DNA of 64,000 nucleotides, taken from assembly GCA_951406725.2 (NCBI GenBank), contig OX597822.1, positions 92,194,001 through 92,258,000 on the forward strand, in the 5' to 3' direction. Source of the DNA: Octopus vulgaris. Lineage: Eukaryota. The translations under genes and the position numbers were made by a program. The notes below the pieces were generated by a model, which was given only the letters and a program-made list of their open reading frames with translations, ran no database searches and was not told the origin of the DNA. The number at the start of each line of letters is the position of its first letter. The first letter of the stretch is position 1. Positions 47,239 through 61,063 of the stretch are shown piece after piece.

Positions 47239-49619
47239 AAAATGTTTACAAAACTGCTGAACTACAGCTATGGATAGTAAAGTCACTTGTTATGGTTGGA
47301 CTGCAGTTTGTGACACTAGTTGTTGTTTCCTATTAATAAAGTGTCCATCAACACTCTGTTTTTGAATTCCTCTGGAATAAAGAGTCCCTTTCTTGATAAG
47401 TGGGTAAGGAACTTTTTTTAATTCAGTTGGCCATAAAAATCCTGCCTTAAATTTTATCTCATCTAAATTATACTAGCCTGGAAAAACTGACTTTAAACTA
47501 AATAAATATTTTGAAATCTGTGAGACAGGGACCCAACTATATAGTAGTTGTTTGTACAAATGGTGTTAAATGATAATTGTTGGTCAGGTCTTGATCAAAT
47601 TTATTCATTTGCGATGAAAGCCTTTCTATCATTTCTTGTAAATATTGTCAAAACACTTTTCATAGATTTTATTCATGCTCCATTAATCTTCATCTAAGTC
47701 ACAGAATTTGAGTTTTAGATGGAAATTAAACTTTTTGACCTTTATATTTTGGGGCTACAGTTTAATTCTGATGTTTGCATCTTGGTGTCTTCTATCATAC
47801 CTTTGGGTCAACTAAAACTTTATGAGGGAAATTTGATAGATGAAAATTGTGGAAGTGGGTCAGAGGAATTGATCTTGACTCCAACACCTAGCCCCTGGAT
47901 GTCTTCAACAGTTAAGTGATTTCCGAGCATTCAGGCTAGATTTGTAAAGTTCATGGTTTTCTTAAACCAGTATAAACTTCTTGTGTATTTCTATGAAACT
48001 TACCCAGAAAGCTAAGTATAAAAGAAAATTATTCATGGCAACTTTTTCTCTATTCTGCTGAAAGTCTAAAAAAAAAAAACACTACTGGAGTCTGACACTG
48101 ACTTGTCGTTTGCTTTTTTATTGGCATTTAGTCATATCCCTGTTCAATCTCATATTCAGTTATAAGTGTACATCTTCTCTATCTTTATAGACAAGAAATG
48201 GGTCATCATCAAAATCAAGATATTGAAATTCCTTTGTTTTTGTTATTCCTTTTTGTATATCCGCCAATTCTGTGTAAAAATTAGTGTTTATTGTAAAAAC
48301 AAGGATTGATGACATCATGCAACTTTGCCTAAAGACATTGATGATACAGAACTACTCCAAATTGAGTAGATTAAACTAGTAATTACCATTAATTTATATA
48401 ATGACTCATTATAAGACAGAAGTATTTTCTCATCTTTGGTCATGATCAATTTTTAAGTGATTTATTCTGGATTCTTTCCCACTTCACACTTAACTGCAGC
48501 TTGCTACACTCCTTATATTAATTATGTTTATATAAATATTCTTTATTTTTTGTAAATAAGTATTCATAAGGCAACCCAGAGAAAAGAGTAAAATATTATA
48601 TAAGAGCTGGGGAAAATTTTAAACCAATATACACATTTGTTCCCTTGCCCTTTAGTTGAATCAAAATTTTTAAGGAGAAATAGAAATATATCAAATATAC
48701 CTTTACCTTATTCTAAAATCTGTTGGAGCCTGCTGCAGTTTTTTGATAAATATCACCCATGCTGCTTTCTGATCATTAGGTTGGTCCTTTCCAAAGTTGT
48801 ATTTAATATCTTGCTTGTCAAAGTTAATTGTCAGTTATCTATATCATTTGGTTTTATCATAAGTAATGCTGAAGTCAAATACTATTATCATTATCATTTT
48901 ATATCTTTTTAGTGTCAATCAATATTGTCACATGTGCATGGTGTGCACTTTTAACTAAGCTCTTGTGAGCTGAATCGACAAATTATTTGTAATTTCCCAC
49001 TGAATCTACCGAAAATCCACTGCTAATGTTTTTGTAAAAAGCATTAATGTCACCACAACAGATTATTTGTTCCTGTTAAAATATAAGGCTAGTTTTGATT
49101 TTTCCCTTCATTCTCTTCCTAGTTTTAGACATTGGACTGGGGCACTTCTTTTTATCGTACAGTAGATTCATAGGTGTCAATACTCTGGAATACTGAAAGG
49201 TGAAGTGAGCATGGCCTTGATCAAGAGTGTCAATCAAAAACAAAAATAATTTTTGAATTAATAGTTGATGATTAGTAATAGTAAGTATCCATTTATAAAG
49301 TTATTATTGCAAAACTTAGGTTAAAACAATTTTTTGTTATTTTAGCCACAGGTTTTTTTGTAATTGTGTTAACTTATGATCAAAGGCTATCTAACCTAGG
49401 CCATTCCATTATATTTTTCTTCAGACATAATGTCTATTAAGTTTACATATTTTGGCGTTTTTCTTTTTAAGAGTGTAGAATGTAGTTTGAGGGATATTTG
49501 GCTGCTATTACTAACAGGTTGAGCAACCTGCTCCCTCGTGAAGTACATAATAAACATATAACACATGTGAGAATGCATGTGCACTCAAGTGTAAGTATAC
49601 ATGTGCATGCAAGTGTGTA

Positions 49620-49655
<36 letters not shown>

Positions 49656-51199
49656 GCTGAATGTACATGTGACACACATGCACACCTAAATGTAACTGTC
49701 CACTCATTTGCTTTGATGTGAAAGAACACACAGACAAGTAATGAATAAAGGTAGGTGAGGGAATGGATGCTGTGTGTATAAAGTGTTCTGTCAGGTTACT
49801 TATATGAAATTACACTAGATTCTTCATCACCACTACCATCACTAGCAACAGTGCATCTGCATGCACTCCACATTCTCTCTCAGAATTGATTTATTGATTA
49901 CATGTGTAGCTGGCTGTTATTAAAGCTTCTACTTCTGTTGCCTTATGTGCAACTAGTATTGTTGCTGCTGCTGCTTCTACTACTACTATTACTACTACAA
50001 TCGTTGCCACTACCATTGCTGCTGCTACTGCCCCTACATTTGATACTGCTGTTCCTTCTCTTTCCATAAACTGACAATGATAACAAGCTGATTGTAAATT
50101 GCCCCACACTTTACTCTCTAATAATATATTTGGAAGCAAAGCTACTTTGTTGCAGCCCATTAACGAAAACACCTTTGTTGTTATTTCTGGTTGTTGAAAA
50201 TACAGTCTGATCAAAGAATAACTGCCTTCTGGATCCACTGGCTCCTTCTAATATGATTGATTCCTCTGTCATCTCTGTGTAAACAGTTTTCTTCTCATTG
50301 GTACTATCACTACAAGAGTACTTTCATCATTCCCTTCTTGTGCTTTTGTAGTTGTTAATTTTTTTATTGTACTCTTGTCAACTCACGATCTACAGTTTAG
50401 TTTTTCTTCATGTGCACACAAGCACACACACACACAAATCAACACACCTTTCCCAAACCACCTGTCTGTATGCAACATGTACACAAGACAATGGATAATG
50501 TTTTGATGGAGTATAAATATTGTGTAACTCTTGCCAATATGGAATTGTACAAGACAAAGTATCTTGTATTCCTACCAGTTACAGGTTAGATATGTTGCTT
50601 ATTTACTTTAAAATTCTAGTCTGCATGCACATGTTTGTGTCCATGTATATATTTATGCACATGCTTGTGCATCTTCCTTTCAGCTCTTTGATTTTAAATT
50701 ATTTATGTAATTTTTGTTTTTTGTGTTTATCATTGTATTAGAGTTGAAAATTGTTCAACCATGATGTGAACAGTTTTGGCAAACATTGCATTGATTTATA
50801 TCATGTTTTGCATCTGTCCTGAATTCATGTGTGGGGTCCTGTTTCAAATTAAAAAGGATATTTGGAACACTGTCTTTAGTTTTTTTTTTTTTTAAAGCAG
50901 TAAACAGACTGTAGTTAAAAAGTTATATGTTGTGCTGTTTTGTGCTAAAATGAATTCAGAATATGAAAAACATTGTCTTGGTGTCAAAACAAGCCCTAAT
51001 GATAACTTGTAATTCAATATTGTTTGTACTAAATAAGTCAGTGGAAACCTTCAGTGAAGTCCTCCATTTCAATAAAGCAAATAACAGCATGTTCATTTAG
51101 CAGTGATCTCATTGCTGATGTTTTGATGGTTAATTTTAAATTACTCAATAAGCTGCTAATTGTTATAAATGCGTGTTTGTAGATAATAATTTCTTATTG

Positions 51200-51412
51200 A
51201 ATAAAAATACTTCTTCCTAATTTTGACCCAAAGCCAATATTTTTAGATGGGGTTTAGTCAATTACATCAACCCTAGTACTCGGCTGGTCCTTATTTCATC
51301 ATGAAAGGATGACAGCTAAAATCAACCTCTGCAGAATATGAACACAGAATTTAAAGACAAAATGCCCTGAAGCTTTTCATCAAGCATGCTTATGATTCTG
51401 CTAGCTCACCAT
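51200..51412 (-). mobile_element. Degenerate Meta-like SINE
   Basis: Reverse complement GGTGAGCTAGCAGAATC…GAGGTTGATTTTAGCTGTCATCCTTTC. Confidence 0.6.
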
Positions 51413-52910
51413 GTTTTTGTTGTTGATAATGATGATGGCAATGATGGCTGTCATTATTATTGTGTCTAACATTTCTTTGCCACAGAATAAACAGCTTCTG
51501 CCACTCATCAAAGTTCTGTGATTTCATGTTTGTTATTGTACTGAGTGAGTCATCATTGATGTATCTATCTATAGGCCATCAGTCAGCCTCTACCTCCCCC
51601 CTGTCTCTATCACTCACTCACTCACTCACACACTCTCTCTCTCTAGTTCATGTCTCAACTCTATTGTGTGTGCTGGGGATGGTTATATTGCTATTTCTTA
51701 AAATTTCTTTTAGTTTAAAGAATTCCCTGTATTTTTAGCTATATGTTTGAAAGTACAAATGTATGTAGATCAACTAATTTGTGTGTGTGTGTGTTCGCTC
51801 TCACGTGTGCATGCACATGTTTGTGAATTCCTACATGTATATACACATGTTGGAATTTGGTGGCAAGGGAGGGAGTATACCTGGAAAGGCAAGGCTTGAG
51901 GTTATGTTTTTGCACATTGTTTAGCTCAAGGCCACTCCTGATTCAAAATGCAAATTAGAGCTTTTATTTTGTTTGAATTAAAACTAATGACTTATAAAAT
52001 GAGTCAAGGGATTTAGATAATAACAAAAAAATGTGAATAAAAAAGTGTGTGGGGGTGATCAAATTATTTCGATAAAAATACATTGGGGGACCTTCATATT
52101 ATTCACTACCTTATTTTTCTCCATTCACAATAAACCTGCAGTCAAAGCATTCCAACATGACCATCCAATCTTTTTTTTGCCAATTTAAAGATCCTCACAT
52201 GGGAGCAAAATAGAAATATAGATTAACCAGTCTGGTGGGTGTTAACAAATATGTGGGAGATAAATATAAAAAAAAAAAATGCACGCTGACGACCAGAGGG
52301 TGGTGGTGAGGAGGGGGCTTTCAGTAAATTCACAGGATCTGATTTTCCCGTCATAACTTGTAGTAAAATAGATATATATTGATTATTTTTTTTTTTTATG
52401 GAATCCCACAATTTTGGTTATGGAGGATCTGATTTTGGAAATAAAATTTGCAAAAAATTGCATTTTCAAAGTTTCATTCTCTCTCTCTCTCACTCCCATA
52501 CATCCATTTTCCACTTCAACATATATATATATATATATGTATATGTATATATGTATATATGTATATGCATATATATATATGTATATATGTATGTATATAT
52601 ATATATGTGTATATATATATATGTATATGTATATATATGTATATGTATATATATATGTATGTATATATATGTATATGTATATATATATGTATGTATATGT
52701 ATATATATGTATATATATGTATATGTATATATATGTATATGTATATATATGTATATGTATATATATGTATATATATGTATATATATGTATATGTATATAT
52801 GTATATGTATATATATATATGTATATATATGTATATGTATATATATGTATATATATATGTATATGTATATATATGTATATATATATGTATGTATATATAT
52901 GTATATGTAT

Positions 52911-52956
<46 letters not shown>

Positions 52957-53121
52957 GTATATGTATATATGTATATGTATATATATATGTATATGTATAT
53001 ATATATGTATATATGTATATATATATGTATATGTATATGTATATGTATATATGTATATATATATGTATATGTATATATGTATATATATATATGTATGTGT
53101 ATATATATGTATATATATATA

Positions 53122-53267
53122 TCATCATCATCATCATCATCATCGTTTAACGTCCGCTTTCCATGCTAGCATGGGTTGGACGGTTCAACTGGGGTCTGGC
53201 AAGCCCGAAGGCTGCACCAGGCCAGTCAGATCTGGCAGTGTTTCTACAGCTGGATGCCCTTCCTAAC
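53122..53267 (-). mobile_element. RTE 3' tail (left member of inverted pair)
   Basis: (TCA)n CGTTTAACGTCCGCTTTCCATGCTAGC…CAGCTGGATGCCCTTCCTAAC. Confidence 0.88.
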
Positions 53268-53319
53268 ATATATGTATATGTATATATATATATATGTATA
53301 TATATGTATATATATATGT

Positions 53320-53384
<65 letters not shown>

Positions 53385-53424
53385 GTATATATATGTATAT
53401 ATATATTATATATATTTATGTATA

Positions 53425-53480
<56 letters not shown>

Positions 53481-53808
53481 AATGTATATATATGTAAGTA
53501 TATGTATATATATATATGTATATATAAATGTATATATATGTAAGTATATATATATATATATGTATATATAAATGTATATATATGTATATATAAATTATAT
53601 ATGTATATATATATATATGTATATATATGTATATATATATATGTATATATATGTATGTATATATGTATATATATGTATGTATATATGTATATATATGTAT
53701 GTATATATGTATATATATGTATATATGTATATGTATGTATATATATATATGTATATATGTATGTATATGTATATATATGTATATGTGTATATATATGTAT
53801 ATATATAT

Positions 53809-53936
53809 ATCCAGCTGTAGAAACACTGCCAGATCTGACTGGCCTGGTGCAGCCTTCGGGCTCCCCAGACCCCAGTTGAACCGTCCAACCCATGCTAGCA
53901 TGGAAAACGGACGCTAAATGATGATGATGATGATGA

Positions 53937-53940
<4 letters not shown>
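53809..53940 (+). mobile_element. RTE 3' tail (right member of inverted pair)
   Basis: ATCCAGCTGTAGAAACACTGCCAGATCTGAC…(TGA)n; near-identical reverse complement of 53122-53255. Confidence 0.88.
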
Positions 53941-53978
<38 letters not shown>

Positions 53979-54095
53979 GTGTGTGTATATATATATATGT
54001 ATATATATGTGTGTGTGTATATATATATCTATATATATATGTGTGTATATATATGTATATATATATATGTGTGTATATATATGTATATATATATA

Positions 54096-54144
<49 letters not shown>

Positions 54145-54559
54145 GTGTGTGTATATATATATATGTATATATATATATATGGGTATATATATGTGTGTGT
54201 ATATATATATATGTATATATATATATATGTATATATATATGTGTATATATGTATGCATATATGTGTGTATATATATGTGTGTATATATATATATGTGTAT
54301 ATATGTATGTATATGTATATATATATATGTGTATATGTATATGTATGTATATATATGTATGTATATGTATATATATATATATATATATGTATATGTATGT
54401 ATGTATATGTATATATATATATATATATGTATATGTATATGTATGTATATATATGTATGTATGTATATATGTGTATGTATATATATGTATGTATGTATAT
54501 ATGTGTATGTATGTATATATGTGTATGTATATATATATATGTGTATGTATGTAGGCATG

Positions 54560-54595
<36 letters not shown>

Positions 54596-54604
54596 CATGT
54601 ATAT

Positions 54605-54645
<41 letters not shown>

Positions 54646-54669
54646 TATATATATGTATGTATATGTGTG

Positions 54670-54741
54670 GCGTCGGTGGTGTAACGGTTAGCATGGTTGC
54701 CTTCCAAGCAGTCGATCCGGGTTCGACTCCCGGCCGACGCA
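54670..54741 (+). tRNA. tRNA-Gly (anticodon TCC)
   Basis: GCGTCGG TGGTGTAACGGTTAGCATG GTTGC-CTTCCAA-GCAGT CGAT CCGGG-TTCGACT-CCCGG CCGACGC A. Full cloverleaf, A and B boxes, and TTTT ~10 nt downstream. Confidence 0.92.
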
Positions 54742-54754
54742 TCACTTTCGTTTT

Positions 54755-54993
54755 ATGGGGTGGATACAGATGTCTTTAAAATGAAGCTGGATCTCTTCCT
54801 GTCAGGTGTCCCAGATGAACCAACTTCACGGCAGGAGGGGCAGATGAGGGCAGCTGCATCGAACTCTCTCATGCACCAAATAGCAGTTGCTAGAAAGCCT
54901 CCATGAAGTGAAACCAAGTAGCAACACCAAATGGCGGTGCCCCAGCATGGCCACAGCTCATAAGCTGAAACTAGAATCAATCAATCAATCAAT
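54755..54993 (+). mobile_element. 3' end of a CR1/L2-group LINE with (AATC)n tail
   Basis: [22 protein letters not shown]…RAAASNSLMHQ is the typical FK..LD.FL..VPDEP C-terminus of invertebrate CR1-group ORF2. 3' stem-loop CAGC-TCATAA-GCTG. Confidence 0.75.
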
Positions 54994-55003
54994 ATATATA
55001 TAC

Positions 55004-55043
<40 letters not shown>

Positions 55044-55659
55044 ATGTATATGTATGTATATATGTATGTGTATATATGTATGTATATATATATGTATGTA
55101 TATATATATATGTACGTATGTATATATATATGTATGTATATATATATGTATGTATATATATATGTACGTATGTATATATATATATGTATGTATATATATA
55201 TGTACGTATGTATATATATATGTATGTATATATATATGTACGTATGTATATATATATGTATGTATATATATGTACGTATGTATGTATATATATATGTATA
55301 TATATATGTATGTATATATATGTACATATGTATATATATATGTATGTATATATATATGTATGTATATATATATGTATGTATATATATATATATATGTATG
55401 TGTATATATATGTATATGTATGTATATATATATATGTATGTGTATATATATGTATATGTATGTATATATATATGTATGTATGTATATGTATGTATATATA
55501 TATGTATGTATGTATATGTATGTATATATATATGTATGTATGTATATGTATGTATATATATATATGTATGTATGTATATATATATATATGTATGTATGTA
55601 TATGTATGTACATATATGTGTGTATATGTATGTACATATATGTGTGTATATGTATGTAC

Positions 55660-55694
<35 letters not shown>

Positions 55695-55769
55695 TGTGTA
55701 TATGTATGTACATATATGTATGTATATATATATATATATGCATTTGTATGTATATATATGTATATATAT

Positions 55770-55980
55770 AATGTTAATCCAAACAAGAAAGCACAAAAAA
55801 ACACAACAATGCGAGGACGTCGAACAAATATAGTATTATTGGACGCTCAGGAAAGAAGGAAAGTTTAACGTTTCGAGTGGAGCTCTTCGTCGGAAACATA
55901 GGAGAAGGAAAGATCCAGAGAAGGGAAGACAGAGGGAAAAAAATCGCCAACGGTACACACGAGGTCACATTTTGAAAAAT
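55770..55980 (-). mobile_element. Penelope-like terminal repeat
   Basis: Contains a minimal hammerhead and lies downstream of, and on the same strand as, a GIY-YIG ORF remnant. Confidence 0.7.
55863..55897 (-). ncRNA. Minimal type I hammerhead variant (CCGACGA core)
   Basis: GTTT-CCGACGA-A-GAG-CTCCA-CTC-GAAAC-GTT^AAAC. Stem I GTTT/AAAC, stem II GAG/CTC, palindromic AACGTT stem III. Confidence 0.65.
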
Positions 55981-56532
55981 ACACATAAATACATATATAT
56001 GTATATATATATATATGTATTTGTATGTATATGTATGTATGTATGTATGCATGCATATATATATGTATATATAAGTAAATAAATGGAGTTGAATGCAGAT
56101 TCTATTCAAATTCTTTTACTTTCGACATATTTTTCGAAGACAACATTGGTTTTATTCCAAAGGAATAAACGGTGTAAAATGCTATCTTCTCATCAGGAAA
56201 GAAAGAGAGCCTAACTCAACAACAAGACATTATAACAATTTTGATGACTGCATAAAGGATAAACAGAATGTTATTAAGTATTTAAAAAAAAACCATTAGT
56301 AGATTTGACATCAAAGGCAGACCCTAGGAAGAGATGGGGGTAAAGAAATAATTAGTAGAGAACAAATAAAGAGGGATATATTGGTTGAAAAAAGTATTCA
56401 AAGATTTGGAAGTAGATTTCTCTATTGAAGTAAAGTGCAAGTTGAACTAAATGTTCAAACTATAAAGACTGGTAAAAATCACTTATATGCGCTAAAGGTA
56501 TGTTTCTGCCAGTGCTTACATTTGTACGATCG

Positions 56533-56910
56533 CTATATAAGTGTGTTAACAAGGTGATTCTTAGAGAAGAGAATATGGAAGAGTTCAGAGTTGCAAATGT
56601 TACAAAATCCTTTGCCCTTATCATAAGGAAAAGATATGGACAGGATGAACCAATTTAACTTAAAATCTTTATTGTTGTCTTTAAGATACCAAACCAATTT
56701 ACTTAGCCCTGTGCTATAACGTTTACTGCTATCCCTAAATGAAGAATAATGATTGGAAATTCTGTTAGATAACTGGGAAGAGGATGCGCCAATGTAGAAG
56801 TAGACATCGGGACCGCAAGAAATTTTACATTGGTATATAGAATTCTTGATCTTAGAATTATTAGACATAAATTTAATTCTGTTGGGGTTGTCCTCAGAGG
56901 TCAAAACCAT
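56533..56910 (-). pseudogene. Penelope-like GIY-YIG endonuclease domain (5'-truncated ORF)
   Basis: NSIYQCKISC…FYIGASSSQLSNRISNHYSSF…STGLSKLVWYLK…WFIL…PYDKGKGFCNICNSELFHIL: GIY(SIY)-YIG, catalytic R, H and the CxxC-E pattern. Confidence 0.85.
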
Positions 56911-56950
56911 GTTTTTATTGCTATTATTATTATTATTTTTATTATGTGTA

Positions 56951-56982
<32 letters not shown>

Positions 56983-56983
<1 letters not shown>

Positions 56984-57289
56984 CACGTGATCACGTGACC
57001 GACCAGGCTATCAGATGCTGCTACACATTGCTGGTTACAATGCGCTTCACATTGTTTTAGCCTTAAAATGATGCCACCCCACTGGCTTAGTGTGCAGGCC
57101 CACAGAAGAAAGAGTGAGAGAAAGTTGCGGTGAAAGTGTACAGCAGGGTTCACCACCACCCTCTGCCGGAGCCTCGTGGAGCTTTAGATGTTTGCGCTCA
57201 ATAAATACTCACAATGCCCAGTCTGGGAATCGAAACCACACTCCTATAACCGCGAGTCCGCTACCTTAACCACTGGGCCATTGCACCTC

Positions 57290-57290
<1 letters not shown>
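56983..57290 (-). mobile_element. tRNA(Arg)-like SINE of another family
   Basis: Reverse-complement head GGAGGTGCAATGGCCCAGTGGTTAAGGTAGCGGACTCGCGG…GGTTTCGATTCCCAG with A/B boxes and a TCG in the anticodon-loop position. Confidence 0.7.
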
Positions 57291-57347
<57 letters not shown>

Positions 57348-57689
57348 TGAGATATGCATTGTTGAAGTTTTGTTGTACACTTATTCCAAGAACACATACT
57401 TAAGTTTTATGTATCTTCCATGAAACATGGATGTATTTGCACTTTCAAAGGGTGTTATAAATAATATTGTAAGATGGTCAAATTTTGGAAATCATCTTTA
57501 TTTAATACCTAGTAGTGATGTTGTTATTTTCATTGAAATCTGGGTTATTTGAAATTTCACAAGTGTTTGCCAAGCCCCCTAATCGCAGTGGAAAGTAAAT
57601 TTTATGTAGCTCATCTTCTTTCTCATAAAATTTTACATGAGAACATACTTTGTTTTTATGTATTTTCTATTCCCTTTCATCCTATGGAT

Positions 57690-57950
57690 TGTACAGACAC
57701 ACAGGCATTGAGCTTTATTATGTATATAAATATATGTATGTATATGTATATATTTGTGTTTGTTTGTCCCTCACCCCACCCCACCATCGCTTGACGACCG
57801 ATGTGTCTGTGTCCCCATAAATTAGTGGTTTGGCCAAAGAGACCAATAGACTTACAAAGAATAATTCCTGAGGTCAATGTGTTCAACTAAAGGTGGTGCT
57901 CCAGCATGGCTGCAGTTGAATGACTGAAACAAGTAAACAAATAAAAGAAT
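57690..57950 (+). mobile_element. CORE-like SINE 3' half
   Basis: Tail GGTGGTGCTCCAGCATGGCTGCAGTTGAATGACTGAAACAAGTAA. Confidence 0.7.
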
Positions 57951-59724
57951 ATAGTTAATTGAAATGATCAGTGGTAAAATAATAAAATTGCTACTGCAAA
58001 ATCAACAAATGGATTGTGTTATCCCCTGTTAATTGCTGATTATAGAAAGGCTCATATCTATCGTGAATTAGCTGCAGTAGTATTCCATATTGTCTTTTGG
58101 CCAGTCTTCATCCTACAACCTCTTGTACTGTTACAAGCAGTGTTCTAGCTAGCCTAGTGTTTTCACTTCCAAAGAAAGCAAGATTTCTCTGCTACTGCAA
58201 CAATTACTGTGGGTTTTTTTGTGTTTCTAGAGAAGATATAGATATTAACATCCTTGATTCTCTTTGAAACCATGCTGAATTGCCAGGCATACAAGTGGAT
58301 ACTTTTAAACATCTATTCCTCTTCCTCCTTCAGTATCACCACTAGTATTTATTTACCATGTAGAATATAATAATCCTATTCATGGTTTTGATGTCCTGGG
58401 AGCTCCAGTATTACAATTGAGGTGGCAGAGATGATGTTCTGCACTGGTTTAAAGTAACAACAACTGTTTATATTTCTCTCTAGTGATTCAGCTGCAGCAA
58501 AGTCCTTAAAACTAATAGAACATTGGGGTTTCTCTGAATCCTTGCTGTAATCCCCACACAGATCAATCATAACACATTGTTGCTTAATCCTAAGTCAACT
58601 CTGATCAGGCATTCCAGCCATTCATCTTGTCTTTAAAACAAGGTAGTTCAGATTACTTTATGTAACATGTTCCATCTTTATGTTTGAGATAGCAGGGTAA
58701 TATCTGTAGTTGCTATTTTAAGCAGGTCAAGTGACAATATACTAGATTCCTTATTGGCATGGACTTTGTTCAGTTTTGCTCTACCAGTGAGTTTGTGTGA
58801 CAGATCAGTTACCCATCATACATAATAAAATTAAGTCTCTGAAATAATTTTATTGCAAAAATAATTATCTACTTACTAGAAGTAGAACTTCAGCACTCCT
58901 CACTCTATTCCCTGAATGTCAAGAAACTGAAGTTTTAGCCATAAGAAAGCAGCTCTAAAATCACCTGTCCATTTAATTCCACCTTTCAAGTTCCATGGGA
59001 CTCAGTAATCAGGGTCAGTCCTGGTGTTAGTTATTAAGCAGGGATTATGTTGCTCTTGAAGCAGATTCAGAGGTTCTCTGAATCATTTTCAAGAAAAAGA
59101 GACAGAAAGAGAGTCATGATAAGAATTTCACTTCATTGCTTTAGTTGATATCATTTGTGGGGGACCTGGAATGCTGATGTGGTTTGCATCCTGTAGAGAA
59201 ATATTAAATACAGTGTGATACATATTTGATCAAGCTTTTAATTAGATAAACTTCTTTGGTTTTGCCCCCAAAACTAAAACCCTGGCTAGATGTCTCTCAT
59301 CCTTTGAGTGGCTACTGTTGAAAATGAAGTTGACCTTCCTTATTTAGTCACTGCCTGTAAGCTGTGTATCAATAAGGACAGCCATATATAGTCTGAATAA
59401 GTTCTGATGACTTTTGAGGTGGTATTTGGTTAAGTTAAGAAGTAGACATTTAGAAATGGATACTTTGACATATGATTGTTGGAAATATTTAGGGTGTTTC
59501 TTGGATCTGTTACAGTCTTATCTGTTTTGGACAGCTCATCTGGGACTAAATTGTCTAGTTTTTCCTTACATAATGGACAATGTATGTGATTTGGGGAGAA
59601 ATATAGCTGCTATTTCTTGCAAGTTAAATGAGACTGTTGAGACCCCCATCCCAGTGGCTGAAGCATGGGTGATCCTTTATAAAGCAGGCTACTTCAGGTA
59701 GTTTCTATGCTCATTTTTACAATA

Positions 59725-60545
59725 TGAGGTGGTATCAAGAAGTTCCCAGACAAGTTCTTTAGCATGCCAACAGATGGCAGCACATTTTTGCATGCGCAAT
59801 GAGAGCTCACTGTAACCTTCATGAGGCAGTGTGCTGAATGACATCACTGTTGTGAAATTTGTGTTTTTATGATCATATGTAATTTTGCATTAAACTTGGG
59901 AAGTCTGCTGTAGAAACATTAAGCTTATGGTGATGAGACAATGGGTTATACACAATGTTTCAAGTGGCACGTTTAATTCAAAAGTGGAAGAATGTTCCTA
60001 GAAGACAATGAGTGATCTGGAAGACCTGCCAAATGTGTCACCTCCAGAAATGCGGAGAAAATTCATCATCTTGTACATGAGGATCATTGGAGGACAATTA
60101 TCGACATTTTGAAGCGTTTGAGGGAGGACATTCAATGAAAGCAAACCAAATCTATGGAAGGTGAAGAATTGGATTCTTCATGATAACAATGAACCATGTC
60201 ACCAAGCTCTCCTCACTCGTAAGTTTCTTGCCAAACACAACATGGTATCGCCTCTGCCCTATTCGTCAGATTTAGCCCTGCAGACTTCCATCTTTTCCTG
60301 AAGATAAAAATGCAGTTCAGAGGTTGCCATTTTAACACCAATGTCAAGATCAAATGCAAATTGCAGAAGGTCCTCAACTCGCTTACAGAAAACGACTTCT
60401 AGGCCAGATTGCAAAAGCAGCAGGAACACTGGGATTGGTGTATTGCTGTGCAATGTGACAATTTCGAAGAAGATGGTGTTAAAACTTACACAAGCTATTT
60501 TTTTATTAAACATAACTAGTTCAGGAACCTTTTGATATCACCTCA
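59725..60545 (+). mobile_element. Internally deleted mariner with both TIRs and TA TSD
   Basis: TA|TGAGGTGGTATCAAGAAGTTCC … GGAACCTTTTGATATCACCTCA|TA. Remnant motifs LEDNE*SGRP, WILHDNNEPCH, PYSSDLAP. Confidence 0.85.
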
Positions 60546-61063
60546 TAAACCAAACACCAGTTGAATTCAGTTGATCACAATCATTCTTAATTCAACTTGC
60601 TATCTGGTTATCTAAGTGCCATATCATACCACTATTTACCCTTTCAAGCTAACCTATTTTATTTTCCATGATCCTTCTTTATCTGATATAATGGTATAAA
60701 AGTAAATGCATAAATGTTAGATATTGAGAGATAGTTGTGAAAGCCAGTGTATGCCAGAGGGATATGTGAAAATCAATTATTTTTGTTGACGTGATGCATT
60801 TTACTAACACCAAAATATTTATACTGAGAATTTGTATGTTTTATTCATAGAAAAATGTGAGGGGGTTCTCTAGTTGAGTTGGATAAAATATTAAATTATT
60901 CTTGTTCATTGTGATAAAGGTAGTAAATTGTTTTAAAAACTAAGCCGTTACTATCTTTTTCTCTTGGTTGAACCTTTTATCTCTTCTCAACCCTATTTTT
61001 ATGATTCAAAGTTTAAATTTTATCTTTCTATTTTCATGCAAATAAATAGTCACAATTGTTATA

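Larger units (their letters stand above)
52521..56070. repeat. ~3.5-kb (TA)n/(TATG)n microsatellite field with embedded retroelement ends
   Basis: Direct reading. It accounts for the many YI/YM/HI-repeat ORFs in the track. Confidence 0.97.

Noticed and set aside
49891-50238. 115-aa minus-strand ORF
   Set aside because: Half is degenerate trinucleotide repeat, with no recognisable domain or convincing splice sites.
52398-55868. Many 200-290 aa ORFs rich in Y/I/M/H/C
   Set aside because: These are translations of TA/TG microsatellite that happens to lack stop codons.
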